Origin: a virus
Lineage: Duplodnaviria > Caudoviricetes
Direction: 5' to 3' (one strand)
Length of the DNA: 53,818 nt
Virus record (IMG/VR): IMGVR_UViG_3300034072_000606
Location: 1-53,818 of that record
Part shown: one piece after another, positions 35,965-45,341 of the stretch
Layout of the letters: the number at the start of each line of letters is the position of its first letter
How positions within the stretch are numbered: the stretch's first letter is position 1
Program-made: the position numbers and the translations under genes
Notes under the pieces: model-generated
Database searches by the model: none
Seen by the model: the letters and a program-made list of their open reading frames with translations, nothing else
What the model was told of the DNA's origin: nothing

Positions 35965-36354
35965 TCACACCAGCCCGATGGCGGGCACGTTCAGCTTCAT
36001 GAGCTGTGCGAACCTTCGACCATACACGGTGAGGCTCAGGGAGGAAAGCAAGCCGGAGCCGGTCGCGCCTGCCGTTTGAGCGTATTGTGTGGTAACGTCA
36101 CCGACCTTGCGCATAAGCACCTCCCGCCCAGCGGACGGCGGAACCGGGGCACCTTCAACGCGCTTCGGCCAGCCCTCCATCGAAAGGAGGTGGGCCGTGA
36201 AGGCCATGATTGCCGGCTTCTGGTCGGTCTCAACCCACTCGTCATCGACCATGGGCGAAGCTTCCGCAATCACCATAGTCACAAGCGCATCCGATACCCC
36301 GGAAAACTCGGGGTATCGGGCCTTGACTTCTGACGCCGTGGGAATATGGACCAT
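35965..36354 (-). CDS. Head-tail connector (DUF4054-like)
   Basis: ARYPEF, TAHLL, VGDV...Y, T.YG..F..L. Confidence 0.78.
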   Translation of the reverse strand: MVHIPTASEVKARYPEFSGVSDALVTMVIAEASPMVDDEWVETDQKPAIMAFTAHLLSMEGWPKRVEGAPVPPSAGREVLMRKVGDVTTQYAQTAGATGSGLLSSLSLTVYGRRFAQLMKLNVPAIGLV

Positions 36355-36797
36355 CAGGCCGTCTGTTCCTTCTTGTCGGCGATCATCTTCTTGAGCTTTT
36401 CCGTGCCGGTGTTGGCATTCGGATTCAGGCCCAAATCGCGAGCTTCCTTGAGGAGGGTTTCGCGTTCGTTGGTCTTGGAAACGGCTTCCTGTTCAGCGAT
36501 GGCATCGGCGAGGTCTTCGTCAGACGTGTCGGTGTCGAAGCTGACGCCGAGTTCAAGCGCCTTGGCTTCCAGCACCTGGCGATCCGTCTGACCGTCCTTG
36601 GCGGCTTTCACGTCCACCTTGCCGTCAACGGAGATGACGCCAGCCTTGAGCCACTGCTTGGCCGCGCCGCCCTTGCTCCACTGTTCGAACTTCTTGTCGT
36701 CAATGGTAACAGCGTGGTCTGCGCCGGGGCGGATATCGACACCGGCTACATTGAGCAGGCCGTCATGATGATTGGTAACTTTCACTTTATCCTCCAT
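36354..36797 (-). CDS. Virion-associated protein with two HeH-like repeats
   Basis: L..KA.ELG.......L and L..EA.DLG.......L repeats. Confidence 0.6.
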   Translation of the reverse strand: MEDKVKVTNHHDGLLNVAGVDIRPGADHAVTIDDKKFEQWSKGGAAKQWLKAGVISVDGKVDVKAAKDGQTDRQVLEAKALELGVSFDTDTSDEDLADAIAEQEAVSKTNERETLLKEARDLGLNPNANTGTEKLKKMIADKKEQTA

Positions 36798-36878
36798 CGA
36801 AGGGTTTGGTTTCTTCTGCTGCCTCAGCCCCGGCTTTGGGGGCCGGGGCTTTCAGCCTGGTCAGCTGAGAACGGCGGC

Positions 36879-37820
36879 TCAGATGCCGTCGCTGTAGCGC
36901 ACTTCCTTGGGCAGACGAATGTCCAGGGGACCCAGACGGAAGATGCCAGGGACCTTGTAGGTCAGGCCGACAACCTGAACGGGCAGGAAGCGGTGACGCA
37001 TTGGAATATGCATCTTGAGGACTTCGGGGCTGTTGCGGTAGGCAACCATGCGGGCCGTATTGCCGGCACCGGCGGTGTTGAGACCACGCATGCCGCGAAT
37101 GCGGAGCTGCTGACCGGTTTCAGCCGTGAAGACGTTCGCCCGCTGGAGAAATTCCAGAATGGTGAGCGTTCCGTTGCCGTCGCCGAGACGCTTGGAAGCG
37201 ATATACTGGAGCTTCAGGGAAGGCAGCAGGAGGGTGTCAGCCATAGCAATCTCGTTGGTGGCCGTGTAGACCCCGCTGAGAAGCTCGTTGACATCCGCCA
37301 AAATCTGGTCTTCCGTGGCCGTTGCCCAAGCACCGGTCGAAGCGGCGATTGCCGTGACAGATGCGTTGTTGAACAGACCCTTCCAGCCCTTTTCGGTGTC
37401 GCCGCTGAAGGCGATATTGTCCACGGTGCGTTCGTAAATCATACGAGCAGCCGCCGCCTTTTCGCCGGACAGGTTCATGCCGAGCATGAGAGCCTGATTG
37501 ACCTCTTCAAGGCCATAATCGTAGCCGATGCCGGCCATCTGGATCGCGGTCTCATCCTGCGCCAGCTGAGTGCCGACAACCGGGATATCGCTTGCGCGGT
37601 CGGCAATCCAGTCAGCCTTGCCGGTGACGTTCATGCTGTAGTACGTGACCGTTTTGATCCACTCCGGCGCGGAGTAATCAACCGGGATCAGGCCCGGGTA
37701 ACGGATCGCCGGGAAGCGGGTGCGGTAAACACCGGCTTCCACATAGGCGGTCTGCGATTCAACAAACCCAAGGTTTGCCTGCATCGCATCGCCGATCTGA
37801 AGCTGATTCTGCTGGAACAT
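36879..37820 (-). CDS. Major capsid protein (DUF2184-like)
   Basis: Y...E...A..LG..L...KA.AA, AF.GD......GLFN, T..EFL, RMVAY, P....Y.DGI. Confidence 0.88.
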   Translation of the reverse strand: MFQQNQLQIGDAMQANLGFVESQTAYVEAGVYRTRFPAIRYPGLIPVDYSAPEWIKTVTYYSMNVTGKADWIADRASDIPVVGTQLAQDETAIQMAGIGYDYGLEEVNQALMLGMNLSGEKAAAARMIYERTVDNIAFSGDTEKGWKGLFNNASVTAIAASTGAWATATEDQILADVNELLSGVYTATNEIAMADTLLLPSLKLQYIASKRLGDGNGTLTILEFLQRANVFTAETGQQLRIRGMRGLNTAGAGNTARMVAYRNSPEVLKMHIPMRHRFLPVQVVGLTYKVPGIFRLGPLDIRLPKEVRYSDGI

Positions 37821-37832
37821 GTGCTGCGCTCC

Positions 37833-38285
37833 TTACTGCGGCAGGTTGATGCGGATGCGGGCAAGCCCGTTCGCTGCGGCACCGGTGTCGAACACCGCCC
37901 CGGCGACCGCGATGACGCCAGCGGCGACGGCCTTGGTGCCGAAGAGGCCGGTGGCCACGGTGAGGGTGACATCGTCGCCTTCGACCACGGTGCTGTCCAC
38001 CTTGACCCAGATTGGGCCCTTGGTGATGATAGCCGCCGTGTCATTGGCCGGATAAACATCCGGGGACGAAGCGCGAGCGCCGGTGGCCTGCGAGCGGACG
38101 GTGATGCCGTCAACCCGGTCAACCGCAGCCTTCACAGAGTGCTGCTTGGCGCCCTTCTGGACCGCCTTGCCGAAACCGATTTCGGCGTCAACGGTGCGCG
38201 AAAGGATAGTGGCGGGCGACGTGTCCGCAACCTGACCTTCCTGCGCAACTTCGGGGTCGGTGTTGTAGTTTTCGATATACGGCAT
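37833..38285 (-). CDS. Capsid decoration / cement protein
   Basis: I.FG..V, G.IWV; between protease and capsid genes. Confidence 0.72.
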   Translation of the reverse strand: MPYIENYNTDPEVAQEGQVADTSPATILSRTVDAEIGFGKAVQKGAKQHSVKAAVDRVDGITVRSQATGARASSPDVYPANDTAAIITKGPIWVKVDSTVVEGDDVTLTVATGLFGTKAVAAGVIAVAGAVFDTGAAANGLARIRINLPQ

Positions 38286-38296
38286 GTCACGAACCC

Positions 38297-39460
38297 TCAG
38301 TTGGCGGACTGGCGATCAACGCCGGTCTGGTCGAAATGAAGAAGCTCATCGAACGCCTGCTGACGAGCCCGCTGGGCGTCGTTCATCTGAGCGTGATGGG
38401 CGACCGGCGACGGACGGGTGTCACCCATCCGGGCCTGCCGGAAGGTGTCCTGCGTCTGGGATGCCTCGTCGGCGAGAATGTCGAAGCGGGCGTCAATATA
38501 CGCCTGATCAGAGACGCGCTCAGCCGGGAGCTTGTCACCGAGCTTGGCCTTGACGACTGCCGCCTTGAGGGCTGCGTCAGAGAGACCGGCGGGCTTCACG
38601 TCCTGCGCGATCTTTGCCGCTGTCGCTTCCAGGGCAACGCGGTCAGCCACCAACTTGCCCAGAGCGTCGGGCGTGAGGACCTTGGAGGTGGCATCGTCAA
38701 GCTTCGCCTGAAGAGCGGAAATCGCCGCATCCTTTGCCTCCAGGTCCTTCTTGTTCTTGCCGTCCTTTTCGTTCATCTGGTCTTCGATCCGCTTGCGGTC
38801 GGCCAGAAGCTTTTCGATGGCCTGGGCACCCTGGTCCGTGGTTTCCACGGACAGCCCATCCACCATCACATTGCGCGTACCCATGGGTTTCTCCTTATCG
38901 TGCGCGATGATCGGGGCTGTGCCCCAGTGAGACGCATCGTCACCAATGCGTACATCCTTGCCGGCCCGACCCCGCTGAACAATCGCGACGTGGTTGGCTC
39001 GAATTTTGGTCTGCTTGGCCTGATAGGGCTTTCCATCCGGCGTGACACCGTCTTCCCATACCAAGTCGCAGGTGTAACCGGCGCTCAGCTCGCGCTTCCC
39101 GCTCTCCACCTTCTGGATTGATGCGCCGTCCGCCACCATGAGGCCGACACGCAGAAACTCGCCGTCTCGCCTGATCTCACCATCGGTCTGACCCCGGGCC
39201 AAGTCCTTCCAGTTGTCGGAAGTGACGGCGACTGAGGGGTGATCATCGGTGACGGGGCGGTGAGCAAACGAAGCCATTGCGGCGTCGTTGAAAACTTCTT
39301 CTTCAGGGCGATAGACGTCAACAACCTTCAGATCGGGACGCCCTAGCTCGCTGCCAAGGTACTGCTGAATGCCGGTGCGTGCGACCCGTGCGTCAGCGAC
39401 AAGGTATCCATCCTCACGGCGGCGGGTGCCTACAATCGCAACTGAGTCCGTAAACTGCAT
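38297..39460 (-). CDS. Prohead protease / scaffold (DUF2213-like)
   Basis: DGYL, ARTG.Q.Y, VYRP.EEVF, P.T..HP, ELS.GY, NHVA.V..GRAG; coiled-coil C-terminus. Confidence 0.88.
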   Translation of the reverse strand: MQFTDSVAIVGTRRREDGYLVADARVARTGIQQYLGSELGRPDLKVVDVYRPEEEVFNDAAMASFAHRPVTDDHPSVAVTSDNWKDLARGQTDGEIRRDGEFLRVGLMVADGASIQKVESGKRELSAGYTCDLVWEDGVTPDGKPYQAKQTKIRANHVAIVQRGRAGKDVRIGDDASHWGTAPIIAHDKEKPMGTRNVMVDGLSVETTDQGAQAIEKLLADRKRIEDQMNEKDGKNKKDLEAKDAAISALQAKLDDATSKVLTPDALGKLVADRVALEATAAKIAQDVKPAGLSDAALKAAVVKAKLGDKLPAERVSDQAYIDARFDILADEASQTQDTFRQARMGDTRPSPVAHHAQMNDAQRARQQAFDELLHFDQTGVDRQSAN

Positions 39461-39639
39461 CAGCTCCTCAGCCCCCTTCTCTGGAGGTAATCCAAAACAC
39501 GTTTCGTTCCTTGAGAGGTAACGGCGGCAACGTCTTGGGCTCCTGTTTTAGCGACAAACTGAACAGCCGTCAAGACCGTTGAAGGCTTCTTGACAGCCTC
39601 AACAATTGCTGTTCTGCGTTCTGCGCACCTACAAGCCAT
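39460..39639 (-). CDS. Small hypothetical protein (MACRCAERR)
   Basis: TGATG overlaps at both ends. Confidence 0.55.
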   Translation of the reverse strand: MACRCAERRTAIVEAVKKPSTVLTAVQFVAKTGAQDVAAVTSQGTKRVLDYLQRRGLRS

Positions 39640-40451
39640 CAAAACCTCACTATACCTTGAGCGATACAACGGCACTGGATTGGTTGCCCAGGGGGCAGTC
39701 CGTCCTCCGCTCCGGTCGGCTCACCATACTTGTACTGCTTGCCTTCAAGATCACGGTGACGGGGGCGAACGCGCTCATCAGCGCTGGTCCTCCAGATGTA
39801 TTCATCAATCCCGGCCTGCTCATGACGAATGCGGTTTAGATCGGCTGTGAGCTTCCCGGTCTGGTCTCGGGCAATGAGACGGGCGCGGCTATCGCCGATG
39901 TCAAGCTGCTTCTTGAGGCGCTTCTGAAGCTCAGCAACAGATTCACCGTTGATGAGGGCGTTGGTTGTCTCCGTCGCAACACGCTTCAGGATATCTTCGG
40001 CCATGCCCCGGATAAGGGAGGCATTGCGAAGCGCCGCCGCTTCAAGATAGGCGTCAAGGTCCTCTTCGGCGACAACGCTGCTCAAGTCTACACTGAAGGC
40101 TCGCCGCGCCGCCCCCATCCAAGCCTTGGTATGGCGACGACCTTCCAGCTTCAGGAGCTGACTGACCTGTTGCGAAGCGCGACGGATCATAGCGCCGACA
40201 AGCAGACGAAGAGCGTTGAAGCTATCCTCATCCGCGTCGGTCACGAGCCGCGTCTTGTACTTCGGGATGATGATTTCCCGGAGCCCTTGGGCGATGGTCT
40301 GTTCAACCTCGCGTAGCTGGGCCAAGTAGCTCTTCTCAAAGCCCAAAGGGGCGACGATGACGGGTGCGAGCGCCGTTGTCCCGGGGCGGCGACCCCGGAC
40401 CATGTTGGCCAGTCGGTAGGACTGAGGCGTTACGGCGTCACATGCGAACAT
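39639..40451 (-). CDS. Head morphogenesis protein (Mu gpF / SPP1 gp7-like)
   Basis: RARLIARDQ, Y.W....DERVRP.H..L.G, PG..I.CRC. Confidence 0.88.
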   Translation of the reverse strand: MFACDAVTPQSYRLANMVRGRRPGTTALAPVIVAPLGFEKSYLAQLREVEQTIAQGLREIIIPKYKTRLVTDADEDSFNALRLLVGAMIRRASQQVSQLLKLEGRRHTKAWMGAARRAFSVDLSSVVAEEDLDAYLEAAALRNASLIRGMAEDILKRVATETTNALINGESVAELQKRLKKQLDIGDSRARLIARDQTGKLTADLNRIRHEQAGIDEYIWRTSADERVRPRHRDLEGKQYKYGEPTGAEDGLPPGQPIQCRCIAQGIVRF

Positions 40452-40639
40452 TACTTGTGCCTTGGTCGGGGATCGGGCTTATGGGTCCAGTGGATATTCA
40501 TAGGGTTGAAGGCGTCGGAAGGGAAAGGCTTTTCAGCTGGGGCCGATGAGGAGCGGCGCTTTGCCAACTCCCTGACGATGACCTCCGGGGCATTTTCCAG
40601 GTTGGCCTCGTCAATCGGCCTCTTACGCATCACCGCCAT
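40451..40639 (-). CDS. Small hypothetical protein
   Basis: Overlaps the portal stop and the gpF start. Confidence 0.45.
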   Translation of the reverse strand: MAVMRKRPIDEANLENAPEVIVRELAKRRSSSAPAEKPFPSDAFNPMNIHWTHKPDPRPRHK

Positions 40640-42473
40640 CGCTCACAACCTTCTCGCGCCAATCACCGGTCTCGATTTCCTCATAAATCTCAGGACCCAA
40701 GATGATCTTGCCCTGCCAAGGCTTGACGTTCACCAGATCAAGTTCACCGCCGCGCAGGCTGATCGATATGTGCGGCTGGTAATCGGGGTAATCGCTTGTG
40801 CCGCCGATGTCCTTAGCGTAGCCGTGACGCCACTGAAGCTCGTTGGAGGCGAAGAGGAGCACCAGAACGTCGCCCGCGTCACCAAACTTCTCGCTGATAC
40901 GCGGTCCGCCCTCCGGGATTTCCAGCTGGGCGTCCCAAGGCTGACCCATCTTCATCCAGTCGATAGGCGTCTTGCTGTAGATGATGGTGACGTGCATGCT
41001 TTCCGGGGCGTAAACGTCACTGACGCCCTGATCCTTGTACCACTTGATGATCTCATCTGCGTTGACGACATCACGGCGCATGTAAAGGGTGCGCGGGGCT
41101 GCGTCACCGACCGGTATCTTGGGCTGCGGGTTCTCAAGATTGTTGACTGCGGCTTCCTTCGACCGCATTTCAAGGTCGAATTCAGGCAACTTGTCGCCGT
41201 TCTCCTTGAGAAGGTCGCCAAGGCCGGGGTAAACCCCATCTTCCACCAGCTGATTGCCGACGCTCGTGCGCATTTCTTCAGCAGCGAAGAGACCCAGGCT
41301 GTTGACGATGTTGGCGGTTTCGGCCTTGAGCTTCCCGATTTCAGCCCGCTCCTTCTCACTCATCTGCTCCAGAGGAGACCAAGTGTAGAAAATTTCATCG
41401 GGGCGCGATCCTAGCGCCGACCGGATGAGAGCTTCATCGAGCTTGTACATCGCTGGCTGGATTTCCAGCGTCTGAATGGACGTGACCCGGTCATAATAGT
41501 TCTTCATGTCGTGTTCCCCGGTCGAATTGAGACCGGAGGGGGATTGCCCAACAAGGCGCGTCAACGGGATATCCGAAGCGCCTGAAACGAGAATCAAGAA
41601 CTGCTGGAGAACGTCCGGGAGAGCCGCGAAGTTGATCTGCTTGCGGTCGTATTCCTCATCAGCATCCGTGATGAGGGCCTTGCTGACGGACTTGCCGATG
41701 TTGGCGAGTGAGAAGCGGTCGAGGAGCTTCTGTCGGTAGGGAGCGGCTGAGAGCTGCTCCATCAGGTCCTGAATCTTGAAGACGTCAACGTTGGCTTCGA
41801 AGACAAGACTTGCGATGTTTGCTGCTGTGCTGTCAGTGTTGGCAATCGCCGTGTAGATGGACTGAAGCACGCTATCGCCCCAGCCGGTCGCGGTCACGTT
41901 GCCAATCGGGTTCCACGGATCGGGGAGCGGGTCGCCGACCTGAACAACCAAGCGCGAGGGGTGAATGGTCGTGAAGTCCCGGGCGTTGCTGATCGTGTAA
42001 TCGACCGGCATGCCGTAATGCTCCAGGGTCGGGTCAATCTCCAGCTCACCGGCGATCATCTCCCGGCGGCTCATCACGGTGAGATACTTGATCCCGCCCT
42101 TCTTGATGCCCTCAAAATCAAACTCCTTGGACGCATCACCCCCGTCACCGATGTAGATAGCTGCGCCGCCCCAGAGGCGGGCGAGGGTCTTACACTGAAG
42201 GATTTTCTGCTTGAGGCCCAAGCGGCGCTCTTCAGCCTCGATCAGAGTGATCTGCGACTGATCGGCCTGCCAGTCTCTCCACTTGCGAACGGCGTCCAGA
42301 GCCGGGATATTGACAATCTTCTTCGCCAACCACGTGTTGCGGTAGGCATTGTGAAGCTGAACGTCACTGAGGATCAAGTTTCCGTAAAACACCGCCGCCG
42401 ACTTATCGACAGTCGGATCACCCATGCCGGTGATGAGTGAACGGAGGCTGTCAGCAGTCGGAAGGGTTGTCAT
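40623..42473 (-). CDS. Portal protein (DUF1073-like) fused to a C-terminal Acb1-like 2H phosphodiesterase
   Basis: Portal motifs W.A...V..PA.DA.R.W, ARL.GG, IHPSRL, IPLTRL.G.SP.G...TGE.D..NYYD; C-terminal HVTIIYS and YQPHISIS (two HxT/S motifs). Confidence 0.9.
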   Translation of the reverse strand: MTTLPTADSLRSLITGMGDPTVDKSAAVFYGNLILSDVQLHNAYRNTWLAKKIVNIPALDAVRKWRDWQADQSQITLIEAEERRLGLKQKILQCKTLARLWGGAAIYIGDGGDASKEFDFEGIKKGGIKYLTVMSRREMIAGELEIDPTLEHYGMPVDYTISNARDFTTIHPSRLVVQVGDPLPDPWNPIGNVTATGWGDSVLQSIYTAIANTDSTAANIASLVFEANVDVFKIQDLMEQLSAAPYRQKLLDRFSLANIGKSVSKALITDADEEYDRKQINFAALPDVLQQFLILVSGASDIPLTRLVGQSPSGLNSTGEHDMKNYYDRVTSIQTLEIQPAMYKLDEALIRSALGSRPDEIFYTWSPLEQMSEKERAEIGKLKAETANIVNSLGLFAAEEMRTSVGNQLVEDGVYPGLGDLLKENGDKLPEFDLEMRSKEAAVNNLENPQPKIPVGDAAPRTLYMRRDVVNADEIIKWYKDQGVSDVYAPESMHVTIIYSKTPIDWMKMGQPWDAQLEIPEGGPRISEKFGDAGDVLVLLFASNELQWRHGYAKDIGGTSDYPDYQPHISISLRGGELDLVNVKPWQGKIILGPEIYEEIETGDWREKVVSDGGDA

Positions 42474-42477
42474 GCGG

Positions 42478-44175
42478 TCATCCCACGTTGTCGAGCGAAT
42501 AGCGGCTGGAGACAGGCCAATAGGCCATCACAACCGCGTCTGCCATATTCGGGGATCGCGTCCCCTCCGGTGTCTTGTTCACCATCAACTTTAACCGACC
42601 CGGGCTCAAAGAGGAAGTAGCTTGGCTGAGCTCTTTGATGAGCTGTGCCAATTCTTCAGTCGTGAAGCTTGCGCTGTCAATGCTGATCAGCTCGTCTGTA
42701 TCGATATCCACGCCTTCGGTCAAGGCGCGGTAGGTCTTCCAGAACCGGGCGCGCAGCTCCCACCAAGCTTGGGCCTTGATGTTGAGATAATGGTCCTTGA
42801 TGAGGGGAGAGCCCTTGTCGCCCCTGATCAGGCGCTTCTCCGGGAAGAGGGGAGGCAGGCCCGCGTTCCAAGCCTCAACCTTCAGGCCGGTCGGCCACTG
42901 AATCTTGCTGGTGTTGGTCTCGCCGCTCTCGTCTAGCCCCCGGAGGCGGTTGAACTCAGCCTTACAACCCGCACCTACACCGATACAGTCATACATCAGC
43001 GAGGTGTCGTGAGGGCGCTTGAGATATTGGATCGCACGGCGAGCCGTCACGCCGGTATCGACCTGACCCCAGACCTTGACGCCTTTCAAGACGACGCCCT
43101 TGCGCTGTGCCAAGGCGTTCCGGTCCCCGCCTCCGTCCGCCACGTCTAGGCCCGCCATCCACTTCCCATCGTCCGTGAACTGGAGCTTGATGTGAGCGTC
43201 AACCGCAGCGCGCACCCAATCATTCGGGATGATGATGCCTTCAACGGAGGCGTTATAGTCGCGGTCCACCTCTTGGGCGAAGATGTGAAGCAGGCCCTCA
43301 TCCTCTGCCTTCTTGCGGCGTTCCTCGTACCATTCGATGGTCTTGGCCGGATGATGGCGCCAATCGAAGATGAAGATATTGGCCTTGCCCTTGACGACTG
43401 GTGCGCCGACCTCCCACTCAACCCCAGCTTCCCGGCGGCGGTGGAACACATTGCCGGTGCCGTTGACTGAGCTGATGTCGATCTGGACGCGGGTGTTGTC
43501 GCCCAAAGCAGCCTCAATCAAGTCGGGGCGCTCATAGTGGGCGCTCTCGTCCTTGAAGTAAATGCGCTTGCGACCGCCACGACCAATGCTGTCGCCCGCC
43601 TCGCCGGTGATGCTCGCCCCGTTCGCCGGGTTGAGCACCCTCATATAGGTCATGTGGTCCTTGAAGCTGAACCCCGGGGGGAGAAATTCCGGGGGCAGAC
43701 CCCGGATGACAGCCCTGATCTTCTCAAAGATGCTGTCCATGTCCCCGATCTTATCAACAAGCTGCTCCTTTCGGGAGCCCCAGCCGATTGACATGCCATC
43801 ATAGAACAACCACAGGTGGACGGATACAGCGACCGATAGCCAAGTTGCGCCCGCGTCACGGCACTTCTCAATCAGGCCGTCCGCTTCGCCCTCAAGACAG
43901 GCGTAAATGAACTGCGTAAGATCGGCCTGACGGGGGAACATGATGAAGGGCATGCGGGTGATCTTCCCCGGCACGCCCGCGTTACGTGGATCGTAGGTGT
44001 CAACCCAGTCGTTGATGAACTCAACTGGGTGATCCTTGTAGTAAATCTTGGCGGCTTGAAGCATAGCCGGGTTGGACCGGAACAACAGCAGCTGTTTCTG
44101 GCGCCAAGCGAACAACTTGACGTAGTTCGGGGGCCAAGCGGTCGTCGCTGATAGGTCCTTGACGTGAGCGTTCAT
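42478..44175 (-). CDS. terL: Terminase large subunit
   Basis: EKCRDAGATW (Walker A variant), GRGGR..Y..DESAH, GLDVAD.G.D, YDCIGVG, SPN.ADA. Confidence 0.93.
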   Translation of the reverse strand: MNAHVKDLSATTAWPPNYVKLFAWRQKQLLLFRSNPAMLQAAKIYYKDHPVEFINDWVDTYDPRNAGVPGKITRMPFIMFPRQADLTQFIYACLEGEADGLIEKCRDAGATWLSVAVSVHLWLFYDGMSIGWGSRKEQLVDKIGDMDSIFEKIRAVIRGLPPEFLPPGFSFKDHMTYMRVLNPANGASITGEAGDSIGRGGRKRIYFKDESAHYERPDLIEAALGDNTRVQIDISSVNGTGNVFHRRREAGVEWEVGAPVVKGKANIFIFDWRHHPAKTIEWYEERRKKAEDEGLLHIFAQEVDRDYNASVEGIIIPNDWVRAAVDAHIKLQFTDDGKWMAGLDVADGGGDRNALAQRKGVVLKGVKVWGQVDTGVTARRAIQYLKRPHDTSLMYDCIGVGAGCKAEFNRLRGLDESGETNTSKIQWPTGLKVEAWNAGLPPLFPEKRLIRGDKGSPLIKDHYLNIKAQAWWELRARFWKTYRALTEGVDIDTDELISIDSASFTTEELAQLIKELSQATSSLSPGRLKLMVNKTPEGTRSPNMADAVVMAYWPVSSRYSLDNVG

Positions 44176-44507
44176 ATCATACCCATCTCTTCAAGAAATC
44201 CGTCGAGCCCTTCCGGTTTCTCTCCAGAAACTAGCGGACCCTTGATGAATTGGTCCCAATGCTCAGATAACCGATATTCGCAAACCCTCAAAGCCCTTTT
44301 CATCGGAACTATCTTGAGCTCGTCTTGAGTCCTAGCGATCCGGCGCTGCCAACTCCTGATTTCTTTCCAAAACTGTCTGTGTTCTAATTTCACATGAGCC
44401 GGCAATGCTCGAAAACACTTGCCGCAAATCATTTCTCCAGGAAAATCTTCAGCCTTCCCCGTACAACGACAACTTGGGTTAATACAAGGAGTGCGAGCCC
44501 CTGTCAC
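44172..44507 (-). CDS. Hypothetical Cys-rich protein
   Basis: C...C.C........C..C; overlaps both neighbours. Confidence 0.6.
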   Translation of the reverse strand: MTGARTPCINPSCRCTGKAEDFPGEMICGKCFRALPAHVKLEHRQFWKEIRSWQRRIARTQDELKIVPMKRALRVCEYRLSEHWDQFIKGPLVSGEKPEGLDGFLEEMGMI

Positions 44508-44755
44508 TGCCCGTCTGCCTTCTTGGTGATAAGCCTCCGCAGCCTAGCAATCTCGCGCTCCATACCGTCGATGAAGGCTACAGCGTCGTGAACCTTCGTC
44601 CCCTCGCTGACGGCGCGGCAAAGTCCGCCTTGGGCTAAAGCCCCGGGGACCGGCGGAACGGAGTAGACTGCGAGAATGAGGACCTTGACGCCTTCCTTCT
44701 CTGCCAGCGCTAGGCTGGCGTTGATTTCGTTCTCAAGGTTCTGTTCAAAGCTCAT
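44504..44755 (-). CDS. Hypothetical protein
   Basis: ATGA-coupled to terS. Confidence 0.6.
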   Translation of the reverse strand: MSFEQNLENEINASLALAEKEGVKVLILAVYSVPPVPGALAQGGLCRAVSEGTKVHDAVAFIDGMEREIARLRRLITKKADGQ

Positions 44756-45297
44756 TTGTTCCCGTCCCGGGTCTGCGCGTAAAGGTCTGCCGCCTCTTCA
44801 GGCGACATGTCGGTGTTGATAGCCTGGATCGGCCCGCCGCCGGGGCCGCTGATTTCCGACTTGTCGGCTAGGCCGAGATCGCGGCTGATGATGTTGGCGT
44901 TCAGGAGACCTGCTGCTGCGGCAACAAACTTTTGATCCCGGATAGTTTGTTCAGCCCATTCTATGACAGACAACAAGTCAGGTCTTGGGTTGATCGATCC
45001 CGGAGTGCGCCACTCACGCCATGTGGTGGCCGCGATATCGATGAACAGGCACAAGCCGCCTATCGTGAAAGCCCGGGTCTTCGGAACACTCTCCAGCCAA
45101 CTGGAACCCTCGTATGAGAACGGCTTAGCCTCCATCAAGGGGTTCTCTTCACACCAAGTGAAGTAGTCCTCGCAGGCTTCCCGAAGCTTTTGAGCCCCTT
45201 CCTCACCCACCGGGAAAGTCGGGTGAACCCCATGCCGGCTTCGCTGCTTCCAAAACTGATTTCCAATACCGAATTTACTGCTCAATGTCGCCTCCAC
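44752..45297 (-). CDS. terS: Terminase small subunit (P22 gp3-like)
   Basis: GNQFW..RS.HG, C..YF.W.E.NPL, RA.T..GLCLF.DI, QKF..AAA.LLNANII.RDLGL. True start may be TTG 45285. Confidence 0.88.
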   Translation of the reverse strand: MEATLSSKFGIGNQFWKQRSRHGVHPTFPVGEEGAQKLREACEDYFTWCEENPLMEAKPFSYEGSSWLESVPKTRAFTIGGLCLFIDIAATTWREWRTPGSINPRPDLLSVIEWAEQTIRDQKFVAAAAGLLNANIISRDLGLADKSEISGPGGGPIQAINTDMSPEEAADLYAQTRDGNK

Positions 45298-45309
45298 GCG
45301 TGTGAGCCC

Positions 45310-45338
45310 AATATATGCCCAAAGCAGGGGCGCGGCAA
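45310..45338 (-). promoter_or_regulatory. Promoter TTGCCG-N17-TATATT for the packaging/virion operon
   Basis: 17-nt spacer; abuts repeat element B and precedes the terS RBS. Confidence 0.55.
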
Positions 45339-45341
45339 CGG

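Noticed and set aside
36825-36850. Terminator after the major capsid gene
   Set aside because: A GC-rich stem (AGCCCCGGC/GCCGGGGCT) is present but has no U-tract on the coding strand. It may be an mRNA stabiliser, so it was not called.
1383-44175. Inteins or introns in polA, nrdJ, helicases or terL
   Set aside because: Lengths are ordinary, motifs are contiguous, and no intein splice motifs or frame breaks were seen.
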